A program made the translations under genes and the position numbers. A DNA stretch of 64,000 nt, from positions 23,231-87,230 of the forward strand of contig CAJAUT010000009.1 of the NCBI GenBank assembly GCA_903945195.1. Direction: 5' to 3'. Below, piece after piece: positions 20,012 to 29,397 of the stretch. Under the pieces are notes generated by a model. The model ran no database searches, was not told the DNA's origin, and was given only the letters and a program-made list of their open reading frames with translations. The DNA comes from an uncultured bacterium. GTDB lineage: Bacteria; Patescibacteriota; Microgenomatia; UBA1400; UBA12108. Within the stretch, counting starts at the first letter, position 1. The number at the start of each line of letters is the position of its first letter.

Positions 20012-20992
20012 ATGAAGAGAATTGATGATTTACTATCAGAGATAGAAAAAAAGAAACAAAAGCTCAGTGAGCTGGGTAGATTGTCTAGCGTGACGAAGCA
20101 AAATCTGGATGATTGGTACAAGATAGAACTCACATACTCTAGTAATGCTATCGAGGGCAATACCCTCTCTAGAGCAGAAACCGCACTTGTAGTAGATAAA
20201 GGATTAACTGTTGCGGGCAAGTCGATTCAAGAACATCTAGAGGCTAGTAATCATGCTCAGGCATGGGAATGGATTATAAACCGAGTCTCAAAGAATAATT
20301 ATATTTTTAGAGAAAATGATTTGCTTGAGCTACATCAGATAATTTTGCGTCGAATTGATGAGACAAATGCGGGCAAATATCGAAATGTTCCAGTTAGGAT
20401 CGCTGGATCGCGAGTGATTTTGCCGAACCCTGTGAAGGTATCAAATTTAATGAAGGTGTACTTTGAGTGGCTTTTGGGAGAGCATAATAATTCTGTACTG
20501 AGAGCTTGTGATGCTCATTATAAACTTGTAAGTATTCACCCTTTTACGGACGGCAATGGACGGACTGCACGACTAGTTATGAATTTGTTGCTACTAAGCA
20601 GTGGATACCCACCCATAATTGTGAGAAAAGAAGATAGACACGAATATCTAACTAGTTTGGAGACTGCACAGCTTGGGGGGGCTCTAGATAAGTATTATCA
20701 ATTAATGTTGGAGGGTTTATCTAGATCTCTTGATATTTATCTAGAAGCTACAGGAGCAAAAATACAAGTTGACAAAAAACTACTTAAAATGGGAGAGCTT
20801 GCAAAAATCACAGGAGAGAGCGTGCCAACTATCAGATACTGGGTAAAAATGGGACTGCTGCCTGTTACTGGTGAGACTAAGGGTGGATATCAGTTGTTTA
20901 CTCGTGAGCTAGTGAAAAGAGTAGATAAAATTCGAGAACTTCAGAGAGAGAAAAGATTGAGTTTGGAAGAGATAGCGCAAGAGCTAAGTTAA
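20012..20992 (+). CDS. Fic/DOC family protein with a C-terminal MerR-like HTH
   Basis: Fic motif HPFTDGNGRTARLVMN. C-terminal MGELAKITGESVPTIRYWVKMGLLPV is a MerR-type HTH. Contains a G7 tract in its coding sequence. Confidence 0.85.
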   Translation: MKRIDDLLSEIEKKKQKLSELGRLSSVTKQNLDDWYKIELTYSSNAIEGNTLSRAETALVVDKGLTVAGKSIQEHLEASNHAQAWEWIINRVSKNNYIFRENDLLELHQIILRRIDETNAGKYRNVPVRIAGSRVILPNPVKVSNLMKVYFEWLLGEHNNSVLRACDAHYKLVSIHPFTDGNGRTARLVMNLLLLSSGYPPIIVRKEDRHEYLTSLETAQLGGALDKYYQLMLEGLSRSLDIYLEATGAKIQVDKKLLKMGELAKITGESVPTIRYWVKMGLLPVTGETKGGYQLFTRELVKRVDKIRELQREKRLSLEEIAQELS

Positions 20993-21237
20993 TTCACCGT
21001 TTTTGATTTTGACTGTAATTTATTGGCCTCCGCAAAGGCTGTCTGTAATTCCTCATAGCTTAGGTCATAGCCACGCTCTTGAGCTTTCTTCATGGCCTGG
21101 CATATGGGACAGTCGTCAAATAAATCTTCATTATTAATTTTTTTTGACTTAGGATTTTTTGTTTTTGGGAACATATTTTAAGTATAACTAATATTGAAAA
21201 AGTTGACAATAATTAGGTAACATGTTACTTTGTATTT

Positions 21238-21486
21238 ATGCTAACACAAAGAACAAATGTATTATTGTCGCCTGATGAACATGGGATGCTCTTGGCGTTA
21301 TCAAAAGAACATAGAAAAACTATGGGAGAGCTCATTCGCCAGGCTATTAAAAAAACCTACGGGACAAAAGCTAAAGATTCTTTTGAGGCGTCTTTTGCTA
21401 GAATCAGAAAGCTAACTAAGGGAGTGAATGTGACGCGCAAAGAGTTGCGAGAGTGGGTGGTAGAGGGAAGAAAGTATGAAGAATAA
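21238..21486 (+). CDS. Ribbon-helix-helix (CopG/VapB-like) antitoxin
   Basis: 82 aa; its stop overlaps the start of the downstream PIN gene by 11 bp; RHH-like N-terminus. Confidence 0.5.
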   Translation: MLTQRTNVLLSPDEHGMLLALSKEHRKTMGELIRQAIKKTYGTKAKDSFEASFARIRKLTKGVNVTRKELREWVVEGRKYEE

Positions 21487-21841
21487 GTCTGTGGTCGTGG
21501 ATGCTAGTTATGTGCTTGACCTGTTATTACCTGACGAAAAGAAGTCTGGAGCGGAACTATTGCATGCTATTTCGCCACAACTACTAGTATTTGAAGTGAC
21601 CAATGCAATAAAAATGGCGGTCGTGCGAAAGCGAATCACGGCAAAAGTTGCACATATTTTAATAAACGAGTTCTTAGGATGGAGAATTAAATTGTTAGAT
21701 GTACAACCTAACGCAGTGTTGAACTTAGCCATGGAAAAAGGTTTGGCGGTGTATGATGCGAGCTACCTGTGGCTTGCGAACGAACAAAAAGCAGAATTGC
21801 TGACGTGGGACAAAAAATTGAAGAACGCTGCTAGCGCATGA
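21476..21841 (+). CDS. PIN-domain toxin (VapC-like)
   Basis: N-terminal VVVDASYVLD (first catalytic Asp), a later DASYLWLA, 121 aa. Confidence 0.75.
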   Translation: MKNKSVVVDASYVLDLLLPDEKKSGAELLHAISPQLLVFEVTNAIKMAVVRKRITAKVAHILINEFLGWRIKLLDVQPNAVLNLAMEKGLAVYDASYLWLANEQKAELLTWDKKLKNAASA

Positions 21842-21854
21842 GTTAGATCTGAAC

Positions 21855-22661
21855 TTAGGCAAGTTGGGCGGCGCCGTGATCGTCTAGCACTTTAAACTTT
21901 TTAGCATTTGACCAGAGCTGTTCAAAAAGTTGGCGTTGCATGTCGGCGAGTTCCTGAGAATGTATTTCTACGCAAAAGATCTCCTCACCTATATAGCGAT
22001 ACATACAATAGACATCGTTGTAAATTAAAATTTCAAATTGGAATGATTTACCCAGGTGGCGAATCTCACAGTATTTGCGTACCATCTCACTTACATCTGT
22101 CCAAGGATCTAAATGAGTGATGCTAGTCAAAGTGCGGATGTGGATTTTATTTTCCACAAACCTAGTACGCAACTTCTCTGCCTCTTCCTTGTCCATAAAT
22201 TCGTTCATTGTGCCTAGCTCATAAGTTAGCAATTCTCCTTTGGCACGAAGTGAGTTATACGTAACTTGCTTTAGTCCCTCTTCGCCGTGGTAGTAGAGGA
22301 CCTCTGACCTAGGGGACGGACCCCTAGGGATGATTTCAGTGAGTTTGGACTGGAGAATTGGAAGCGAGACTCTAAGCTTGTCTAGCTCGTGCTCGCGATC
22401 AGAGAGGAGGAGATCAAGTTGATCAGGAGACAAGGCGGTAAATTTAGTTCCCCTCTCCCCCAACCTGGTAATTACGAGACCACGGGCAATAAGGCTGTCT
22501 AATATTCTGTACACTTTGGTACGAGCTATTTGTAGCCTACGAGATATGAGTAGGGCCGTATTTCCCCTACCTGACAATATCTCCAGATATATTTTGGCTT
22601 CTAACTCATTTATCCCAAACTGAGTGAGAAGTGTGATGATAGTGTCTACTTTTTCGGACAT
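21855..22661 (-). CDS. TrmB-like transcriptional regulator (paralog 2 of 3)
   Basis: wHTH ELEAKIYLEILSGRGNTALLISRRLQIARTKVYRILDSLIARGLV. The C-terminal domain is homologous to paralog 3 (GEEGLKQ ... VEIHSQELA..RQLFEQLW). Confidence 0.7.
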   Translation of the reverse strand: MSEKVDTIITLLTQFGINELEAKIYLEILSGRGNTALLISRRLQIARTKVYRILDSLIARGLVITRLGERGTKFTALSPDQLDLLLSDREHELDKLRVSLPILQSKLTEIIPRGPSPRSEVLYYHGEEGLKQVTYNSLRAKGELLTYELGTMNEFMDKEEAEKLRTRFVENKIHIRTLTSITHLDPWTDVSEMVRKYCEIRHLGKSFQFEILIYNDVYCMYRYIGEEIFCVEIHSQELADMQRQLFEQLWSNAKKFKVLDDHGAAQLA

Positions 22662-22700
22662 CAGATTGAATTGTAAAGTATATTACCTTAAAATCAAGTC

Positions 22701-23585
22701 ATGAACAAAAAGTCGTTGGGAACAAGTTACATATTAATCTCGGCTCTATTTTACGGGAGCTATGGCATATGGTCACGCCTAATGGTGGGTGCGTTTGGAG
22801 AGTTTTCGCAGGCATGGACACGCGGACTATTGCTACTTGTTGTGGTCCTATTACTAAACTGGAAACTAAAATTTATCAGGAAAATTGAGAAGAAAGACTG
22901 GAAGTGGTTTTTGGCCATTGCGATAGCTGGCGGAATAAACCAGGCACCATACTTCCTAGGCTTTGAACATTTATCCATTGGTACTGCCACACTACTTTTT
23001 TATGCATCACTGGTAGTTGGTGGGTATATCCTGGGCAAGATATTCTTTAATGAGCGCATGACAGTGGTAAAAATAGTTAGCTTACTAGTCGCAATTTTTG
23101 GCATGGTGTTGATCTACGGCTTTACACTTACCCCTAGTCAAGTGTTTCCGGCAAGTATGACTGTGCTGGCTGGGTTACTTGGTTCAAGCACGGTGATACT
23201 TTCCAAAAAATTGGTAGGTAACTATCATGAGCTCCAGATCATGCTTGGATATTTTATCTGTCAGGTATTATTTAACTACCCGATGGCCCTGATTCTAGGA
23301 GACGCACTACCAGTACTGCAGATCAGCACTCCATGGCTAGGGCAACTTGGATATGCTATTGCGATGATGCTGGCCAATATGGCAGCGATCACTGGATTTG
23401 GATATCTAGATCCTAGTATTGGCAGTTTGATCGGACTGGCCGAGATACTATTTGGAGTGATATTTGGAGTGCTAATTTTTGGAGAGGTGCTTGGGGCTGG
23501 AGTAATAGCTGGTGGGATATGCATCATTTTGGCGGCAGCACTACCTAGTTTGGTGGAAATGAAACAAAAGACTATTTGGATTTAG
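22701..23585 (+). CDS. DMT-superfamily (EamA-like) transporter
   Basis: 294 aa, 10 predicted TMs with a two-repeat architecture; divergent from TrmB paralog 2. Confidence 0.65.
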   Translation: MNKKSLGTSYILISALFYGSYGIWSRLMVGAFGEFSQAWTRGLLLLVVVLLLNWKLKFIRKIEKKDWKWFLAIAIAGGINQAPYFLGFEHLSIGTATLLFYASLVVGGYILGKIFFNERMTVVKIVSLLVAIFGMVLIYGFTLTPSQVFPASMTVLAGLLGSSTVILSKKLVGNYHELQIMLGYFICQVLFNYPMALILGDALPVLQISTPWLGQLGYAIAMMLANMAAITGFGYLDPSIGSLIGLAEILFGVIFGVLIFGEVLGAGVIAGGICIILAAALPSLVEMKQKTIWI

Positions 23586-24318
23586 CGCGGGCAAGCTCAT
23601 CGGTTAGGAGCATGGTGAGATCAGGGATGATTTGATCGACTTCGAATTTGAAGTTTTTGGGAGGGAGAAGAGGATTTAGGTCTACATAGAGATCGCTTGC
23701 TTTAAGAGTATTTTTGACAAAATCTAGCAATCTTCTTATATGCTCTTCATACGAGGTGCCCATCCGCTCCTCTACTACTGCCCTGTTTACGGGGAGGCCG
23801 GCAACCATAAATTCGCGCAAATCGAAAAAGTCTCTACCTGCCGCGCGACCTTTTTCGTCGTAACGGTTTAATGCAGCTACAAATTTATTGGCGACCATAG
23901 TGGATATGGTCTGTACGCGGCAGACAAGACCAAGCTCTTTTAGAGTAACTGTCTCGTACTCGTTTGCTGGACTGATGCGATCACTAACTTCTAGTTTTAG
24001 GGTATTTCTTTGCGAGCCAGTCGCCTCATACTTTAGAAAAAATTGTAAGTGATGCTGGCTTTCGTCTGATACGCGAAATTTTAGTTTTGTAAAAAGTAGG
24101 TGAAGTTTATCTTTGATTTTGGATTGTAAAATTGCGTCAGTCGTCAAGATATCAAAATCTAGATCTATGGAGAACCTATTTATGAGTCCCATGATTGCGG
24201 CGTAGGACCCACCTTTAAAATACAGTGAATTGGCAATAATTGGATCTTTGAGCATGGCGGTCAAGAGCTTGAACATGTTGGATTTGTGGCGCATGTCCAT
24301 AGATTTAGGTACTAGCAT
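23572..24318 (-). CDS. AbiEii-family nucleotidyltransferase toxin (type IV TA/abortive infection)
   Basis: LYFKGGSYAAIMGLINRFSIDLDFDI matches the AbiEii/DUF1814 GG..A and S.DLDF motifs; 248 aa; overlaps the upstream AbiEi gene by 14 bp. Confidence 0.7.
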   Translation of the reverse strand: MLVPKSMDMRHKSNMFKLLTAMLKDPIIANSLYFKGGSYAAIMGLINRFSIDLDFDILTTDAILQSKIKDKLHLLFTKLKFRVSDESQHHLQFFLKYEATGSQRNTLKLEVSDRISPANEYETVTLKELGLVCRVQTISTMVANKFVAALNRYDEKGRAAGRDFFDLREFMVAGLPVNRAVVEERMGTSYEEHIRRLLDFVKNTLKASDLYVDLNPLLPPKNFKFEVDQIIPDLTMLLTDELARAKSK

Positions 24319-24847
24319 AGATGTCCTCTCCTTCTACAACTTTGGCTAATTCTGGATTATCGATATATTTGCCTGGCAATATATGACGCATGTCCGATAG
24401 GGCGCGACCAGGAGAGGCTACTGAATAACGCGAGTTGTCAACGATCCCACTGCGGTTGATGAGATAATCACTGCGGAGATAGCGACAGTAGAAATCATGA
24501 TCACCTAGTGAAAATTCTTTGGTTTTTTTGCCGAATAAGGTAATTTTGGTGGGAAGTTGATTGATGGCGCCTATATTGCTCAAGATGGTTTCTGCAGAAA
24601 CATATGAGAGCGAGCCAGATACGGCACAGCCATACTCAAATATGTCTAATTTAACACTTGGGACAGTAGAGTAGAGTCCACGCGCCAACCTATGCAATAC
24701 TCCACGCTTGACCAGACGGCTAGTGGTGACAAGGAGAGTGTTTTGATTCTGCACTCCCCAGAGTACGGCGAGTTCGCTAGTGCGAAAAGTGCGCTTGTCC
24801 TGAGATAAGAGTAGTTGAATGTAGTTTGTGTTTCTGGATATGTACAT
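24305..24847 (-). CDS. AbiEi-family antitoxin/transcriptional regulator
   Basis: N-terminal wHTH-like FRTSELAVLWGVQNQNTLLVTTSRLVKRGVLHRLARGLYS is typical of AbiEi; co-directional and overlapping with AbiEii. Confidence 0.6.
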   Translation of the reverse strand: MYISRNTNYIQLLLSQDKRTFRTSELAVLWGVQNQNTLLVTTSRLVKRGVLHRLARGLYSTVPSVKLDIFEYGCAVSGSLSYVSAETILSNIGAINQLPTKITLFGKKTKEFSLGDHDFYCRYLRSDYLINRSGIVDNSRYSVASPGRALSDMRHILPGKYIDNPELAKVVEGEDIYAST

Positions 24848-24894
24848 ATAAGTACATATTAGGGAATATGTGCGGATTTGTCAAGTGAGAATTT

Positions 24895-25632
24895 TCAGGC
24901 GTGGAATTGTTCTGTAATTGGTTTATCTTTGGCAATTACAAATATTTGTCCGGTTATCTGATCTGACTCTAAAGAACAGAGTTTTACAGCAAAGCTAGCA
25001 ATTTCTGCTGGGTCTACTCCATCATCATAATACTGAGGGAAGTATTGTTTATATGGAGCTGTTGCGACGTCGTTTGGTGAGATAGCATTTACTTGGATAT
25101 CTTTATCCATCAATTCTATTGATAGGCCAATCGTCAAATCTTCAATGGCTCTTTTTGAGACAAAATATGGAGTCCATCCCTTTATAAGATCGCCAAAAAC
25201 TCCGGAAATATTTATAATTTTTGACTTAGGTGGCATGAGAGGAACAAATGCGTGAGCCAACAGGGTTGGCGCCATGAGACCAACCATCATAGTATCTGAA
25301 ACGACTGATTGTGGGAAAGTATCAAAGTCGCGACCGGCAAAGACCTCATTTTCACCGTGCCAAATGGCGGCTGCATTTACTAGAACATCAATCTGTTTTG
25401 TGTCTGTTTTGATTTCATCAATTAGTTTATTGATCCCTTCAAAAGTGTTTAGATCTGCTGTGAAAATCCTACTGCCCCCCCCTGCTGCATCAACTTTTGA
25501 TTTAATATCCTCCAACCTCTTTTGGTTGCGGCCAACTAGGGCGACAAAATATCCTGCCCTGGAGAGTTCGATAGCAATAGCTCCGCCTATTCCAGAGCTA
25601 GCACCTGTCACCACTGCGTATTTTTTAGACAT
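24895..25632 (-). CDS. SDR-family oxidoreductase
   Basis: TGASSGIGGAIA cofactor motif, 245 aa. Contains a G8 homopolymer in its coding sequence. Confidence 0.85.
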   Translation of the reverse strand: MSKKYAVVTGASSGIGGAIAIELSRAGYFVALVGRNQKRLEDIKSKVDAAGGGSRIFTADLNTFEGINKLIDEIKTDTKQIDVLVNAAAIWHGENEVFAGRDFDTFPQSVVSDTMMVGLMAPTLLAHAFVPLMPPKSKIINISGVFGDLIKGWTPYFVSKRAIEDLTIGLSIELMDKDIQVNAISPNDVATAPYKQYFPQYYDDGVDPAEIASFAVKLCSLESDQITGQIFVIAKDKPITEQFHA

Positions 25633-25683
25633 GAAGTTATTTTAACAGTTGTTCGAGCTGGCGTGGGAGAAGGCGAAGAAGAT

Positions 25684-25986
25684 TTAGGTATTTGGCACAA
25701 TAGTCTGCCCGGTGGCGTAGCGATGAAGGATGCTAGAGGCAAGAGTTTGGTATGGCATACCTAGACGAGCTGCCGACTCCCTGAGCTTGATTAGCGTAGT
25801 TGGTTGTAGACGAATGTTGATGTTTTTTGATTTGAGAAGTTGATTAGTAAGTTTTGCAGAGCGTCTAAGTTTCTCAATCTCCTTTTTTGCGTTTGGAACT
25901 GGCTTCCATTCCCCGCGGTTGACGGAATCAAGTAATTCTTGTTCGTCGGGATCTAATGGAAAAATAGGTTCTAGTATTGTTTTCAT
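25684..25986 (-). CDS. BrnA-like (RHH) antitoxin
   Basis: 100 aa with a C-terminal IRL...LIKLRESAARLGMPYQTLASSILHRY resembling BrnA; overlaps the upstream gene by 4 bp. Confidence 0.45.
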   Translation of the reverse strand: MKTILEPIFPLDPDEQELLDSVNRGEWKPVPNAKKEIEKLRRSAKLTNQLLKSKNINIRLQPTTLIKLRESAARLGMPYQTLASSILHRYATGQTIVPNT

Positions 25987-26255
25987 TTTGTCTCCTTTTC
26001 AATTTTGTTATATTTTTTATTAGCTTTGCGACTAGGGATAATGGTTTTGAGAAATATCCTTATGGCATCTTCGACGTACGGGACCATATAAATATATTCC
26101 CTAATCTTGACATAGAAGATTCTTTGATTAGGATATTTGGCCGGATTGTAATGAGGCAAGTCTTTAACATATCCCTCTTTGTCTAAGACGGCGACAATTT
26201 CTTCAAAGCCAATTTCCCTTAAAGTTATTAAAGTGCGATTTTGTCTGGATCCCAC
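25983..26255 (-). CDS. BrnT-like (DUF497) toxin
   Basis: 90 aa; C-terminal AIRIFLKTIIPSRKANKKY resembles the BrnT RIISARKA.KKE tail; toxin-first gene order as in brnTA. Confidence 0.45.
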   Translation of the reverse strand: MGSRQNRTLITLREIGFEEIVAVLDKEGYVKDLPHYNPAKYPNQRIFYVKIREYIYMVPYVEDAIRIFLKTIIPSRKANKKYNKIEKETK

Positions 26256-26361
26256 TCGATTGGTTTATCCATATTTATATATTATGACAAATGATATGGA
26301 ATGTCAATATGTTGTAAAATTTGAAGGTGTCGCAGAAGTATAAGAGGTTTGAGAGGAAGGG

Positions 26362-27573
26362 TTAGGATTCTTTACTGATCTGGCGAGAGAGATAGAGGGC
26401 GGAAGGAAGGACTAGAACTATGCCGATAAAGGAGAAATATCCCAGAGTGGAGCTGGCACCGCCGCGCTCCATGAAGTAACCGATCAGAGGACCAGCGAGT
26501 GAGATAAGGACATTTCCCAGTAGAGAGATAGCCGATAAGCTGGTGGCGCGATATTTAGACTCTAGTTCGACGTTTTGAAGTCTTGTGAGGATAGGACTCC
26601 TGATACCATCGGACATTTTGCGCAAATAAACACTACTGACTGCACCAAATTTGTTTTCGATAAATGATAATGAGGAACCAATGGCTTGGAAGAGAGTCAA
26701 AACGACTGGGATGTTTTTGTTCCCCATTTTTAGAACTAATGGAATCAACTTGGTCCCAAAGGCTCTAATTAAATAGGTCCCTGAGACCAGTAAACCAAGC
26801 CAGGAGGCCGGAAACCCGCCGGCGGCGAGTCTAGGCTCATAAAGATACCAAAGGCCTGTGTAGGCGACGAAGTTGATGAGCACAGAAAAAAGTGAAACTG
26901 CTCGGATTTTTTCGTTTCTAAAGATGTGCATGAAACCTTCCCAGTTTTGCTTGAGATAGACTTTGAGGGTGAACTTTTCTGAGTCGATTCCTGGCTCCTC
27001 GAGTCCAAAAGCTAGAACTAAAGATATAAATGCGGCCAAGGCTGTAGCGATATATGGAAGCTGTATGTGAAGACTGTACAAAAAACCACCTAGGGCGCTA
27101 GACATGGCCATACCGATAGTGCACCAGAAAAAAGTATCTGCTTCTACTTTTTGATACTCCTCCTCTCCCCTGCCGTTTTCTTTCATGGAGTCAAAAAGGA
27201 GGGCTGAAAGTGCGCCAGACTCAAATGCCCAGTTAGCCAGATAGAGAATATTGCCTAGTAAGAACATCCATAAGTTGGTCGCAAAGATAAAGATAATAAA
27301 ACCTATGACTCCAAGTACGCGGCCAAAAATGACCGTATTTTTGCGACCCCAGAGATCGGCGAGGGCTCCCGATGGCAGCTCGAGGAGGAGCTGAATAAAG
27401 AGACTGATGGAGGTGATAAGTGCGATCTCTTCCCAGGAGAGATAGCTGCGCCAGATGAGTACCCAAACACCAATTGGGACAAAGAACCACTGAAAAATAG
27501 AGGTCCAAAGGAAGTATTTGATGTTATTTTTGTAGTTGGTTTTGGACATAGTATTTAATTGTATGTTATCCAC
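26362..27573 (-). CDS. MFS transporter (paralog 3)
   Basis: 403 aa with LELPSGALADLWGRKN, homologous to the two MFS genes at 17.6-20.0 kb. The start may be the internal Met at 27549. Confidence 0.8.
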   Translation of the reverse strand: MDNIQLNTMSKTNYKNNIKYFLWTSIFQWFFVPIGVWVLIWRSYLSWEEIALITSISLFIQLLLELPSGALADLWGRKNTVIFGRVLGVIGFIIFIFATNLWMFLLGNILYLANWAFESGALSALLFDSMKENGRGEEEYQKVEADTFFWCTIGMAMSSALGGFLYSLHIQLPYIATALAAFISLVLAFGLEEPGIDSEKFTLKVYLKQNWEGFMHIFRNEKIRAVSLFSVLINFVAYTGLWYLYEPRLAAGGFPASWLGLLVSGTYLIRAFGTKLIPLVLKMGNKNIPVVLTLFQAIGSSLSFIENKFGAVSSVYLRKMSDGIRSPILTRLQNVELESKYRATSLSAISLLGNVLISLAGPLIGYFMERGGASSTLGYFSFIGIVLVLPSALYLSRQISKES

Positions 27574-27625
27574 ATGTGTTTGTGGTTATCAACATGTTTA
27601 TCCACATATTTTATCTGTTATTTTG
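27560..27625. promoter_or_regulatory. DnaA-box cluster in the divergent MFS3/TrmB3 promoter region
   Basis: ttatccaca (27566-27574), ttatcaaca (27586-27594), ttatccaca (27598-27606), all in the same orientation, plus a weaker ttatctgtt. Confidence 0.5.
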
Positions 27626-27648
27626 AATATGTTAAACTGATGTTCATA

Positions 27649-28407
27649 ATGGTGAACATGTCTTTGGCAAAAGTAATACAACAACTGAGACTTAGTGATA
27701 AACATGCTTTAGTTTATGAAGCATTAATGAAAAAACCCTATGCCACCCCACTAGAACTATCCAGAGCCACGAAGATAAATAGATCTTCTCTATATAGATA
27801 TCTGGAAGATTTACGGGAACTTGGGCTTGTCGAACTAGTGCTTGGAGATAAATCTAGTAGTTATAAAGTAAACCCAGGGGGACTCAATCACTACCTGCTA
27901 AGTGAAGAGTCTAGGGTAGAGAAACTGAAAAAGAGTATCCCCAAACTTGTCGAAGAACTAGTTGCCGTGAAGGCTGAAAATAGATCTGAAGTAAAGTACT
28001 TTGATGGGAGAGAGGGGCTCAAACAGATGCTATGGAATGTCGTAAATCAGAAAGATGAATTTTTAGGGCTTGGATACCAGAGCTGGAATGCCACGGTTGG
28101 GAAAAACTATGCCGACAAATTGAGACAAAAAATGCTGGATAACAAGTTGAGGTCACGGGAGATACTAAATGAAGTGGATGATAGCTTTGCTTTTACAGAT
28201 CTAGGCAAGGGCTACAGCCAGGTCTATGAACATAGGGCGATTGATCCAAAAATACTTCTGATCAACCATGACACATATATCTACGGCGATGTGTTTGCTT
28301 ACTACTATCACTATGAGGGTGAATATTTTGGGGTAGAGATCCACAATAAGGAGATTGCGCGGACAGAAAGACAGATGTTTGAAGTGTTGTGGGGGATGGC
28401 TAAGTAG
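27649..28407 (+). CDS. TrmB-like transcriptional regulator (paralog 3 of 3)
   Basis: wHTH VYEALMKKPYATPLELSRATKINRSSLYRYLEDLRELGLVE. C-terminal VEIHNKEIARTERQMFEVLWGMAK is homologous to paralog 2. Start taken as the in-frame ATG at 27649 (the track ORF begins at 27559, inside the DnaA-box cluster). Confidence 0.65.
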   Translation: MVNMSLAKVIQQLRLSDKHALVYEALMKKPYATPLELSRATKINRSSLYRYLEDLRELGLVELVLGDKSSSYKVNPGGLNHYLLSEESRVEKLKKSIPKLVEELVAVKAENRSEVKYFDGREGLKQMLWNVVNQKDEFLGLGYQSWNATVGKNYADKLRQKMLDNKLRSREILNEVDDSFAFTDLGKGYSQVYEHRAIDPKILLINHDTYIYGDVFAYYYHYEGEYFGVEIHNKEIARTERQMFEVLWGMAK

Positions 28408-28470
28408 TGCGTTGTCCAATCATGATTTAGTATAATGTTCTAAGTATATTTATAAAACTGTGGAGATATT

Positions 28471-29397
28471 ATGAAGATTGTAATACCAGATAAAATTGCT
28501 TTGGATGAAAAAAGCAGAGGAAAACTTGAATCTATCCCTGGAATTAAAATTTTTGACGATATTGTTAATGATCCGAAAATTATTATTGAGAGAATAAAAG
28601 ATGCCGAATTGGTTAGTGCAAATTATATCGACTTAACGGCTGAAATCATAAATTCTTCGCCAAATCTTAAATATATAATTTCCCCTGCTGTGGGATTTGA
28701 TTGGATAGATGTTGAAGCAGCAAATAAGAATGGAGTTAAAATTTTAAATTGCCCCACTTTTAATACTAGGGCCGTGGCTGAACATGCCATAGCGTTAATG
28801 TTTGCTGTAAGCCGCCAAATAGTTTTGGCCAACAATTCTATACTTGAGGGAAAATTTGATTCTACAGCATTCTTAGGAACTGAAGTTTATGGGAAAACCT
28901 TGGTGTGTGTTGGATACGGAAATATTGGTTCAAAAATTATAACTTTGGCTCAGGGATTGGGAATGATTACTGATTTTATAGATAGTACAACAAGTGATGA
29001 AGATTTTGATAAAAAAATATCAACGGCTGATGTTTTGGTTATTTCTGTCCCCCTAAACGAGAAGACCAAAGGATTGATCAATAAACATCGAATTTCGTTA
29101 TTGAAACCTAAATCTATTGTAATAAATGTAGCCAGGGGCTTGATCATAGACCAAGATGCTTTATATCAAGCTCTCGAACAAAAATTGATATATGGTGCTG
29201 GTATAGACACTTTTCCAGATGACCAAACAATTAAAATTGCAAATGAAAACATATCAAAATTTGCAAGGTTGCCTAATGTTGTATCAACACCACACATGGC
29301 CTTCAATACCGTTGAATCAATTGATAGGTTGGGTGATGAATTCCTCGCAGACATTGAGTCTTGCGTGTCGGGTAAACCCATAAACATAGTTAATTAA
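28471..29397 (+). CDS. D-isomer-specific 2-hydroxyacid dehydrogenase family protein
   Basis: NAD-binding VGYGNIGSKI and the overall 2-Hacid_dh architecture; 308 aa. Confidence 0.8.
   Translation: MKIVIPDKIALDEKSRGKLESIPGIKIFDDIVNDPKIIIERIKDAELVSANYIDLTAEIINSSPNLKYIISPAVGFDWIDVEAANKNGVKILNCPTFNTRAVAEHAIALMFAVSRQIVLANNSILEGKFDSTAFLGTEVYGKTLVCVGYGNIGSKIITLAQGLGMITDFIDSTTSDEDFDKKISTADVLVISVPLNEKTKGLINKHRISLLKPKSIVINVARGLIIDQDALYQALEQKLIYGAGIDTFPDDQTIKIANENISKFARLPNVVSTPHMAFNTVESIDRLGDEFLADIESCVSGKPINIVN

Noticed and set aside
20989-21174. 61-aa minus-strand ORF with a CPICQAM half zinc-knuckle between Fic2 and the VapB-like gene
   Set aside because: It is too short, has only a single Cys pair, and shows no partner motif; it could be real but is unsupported.
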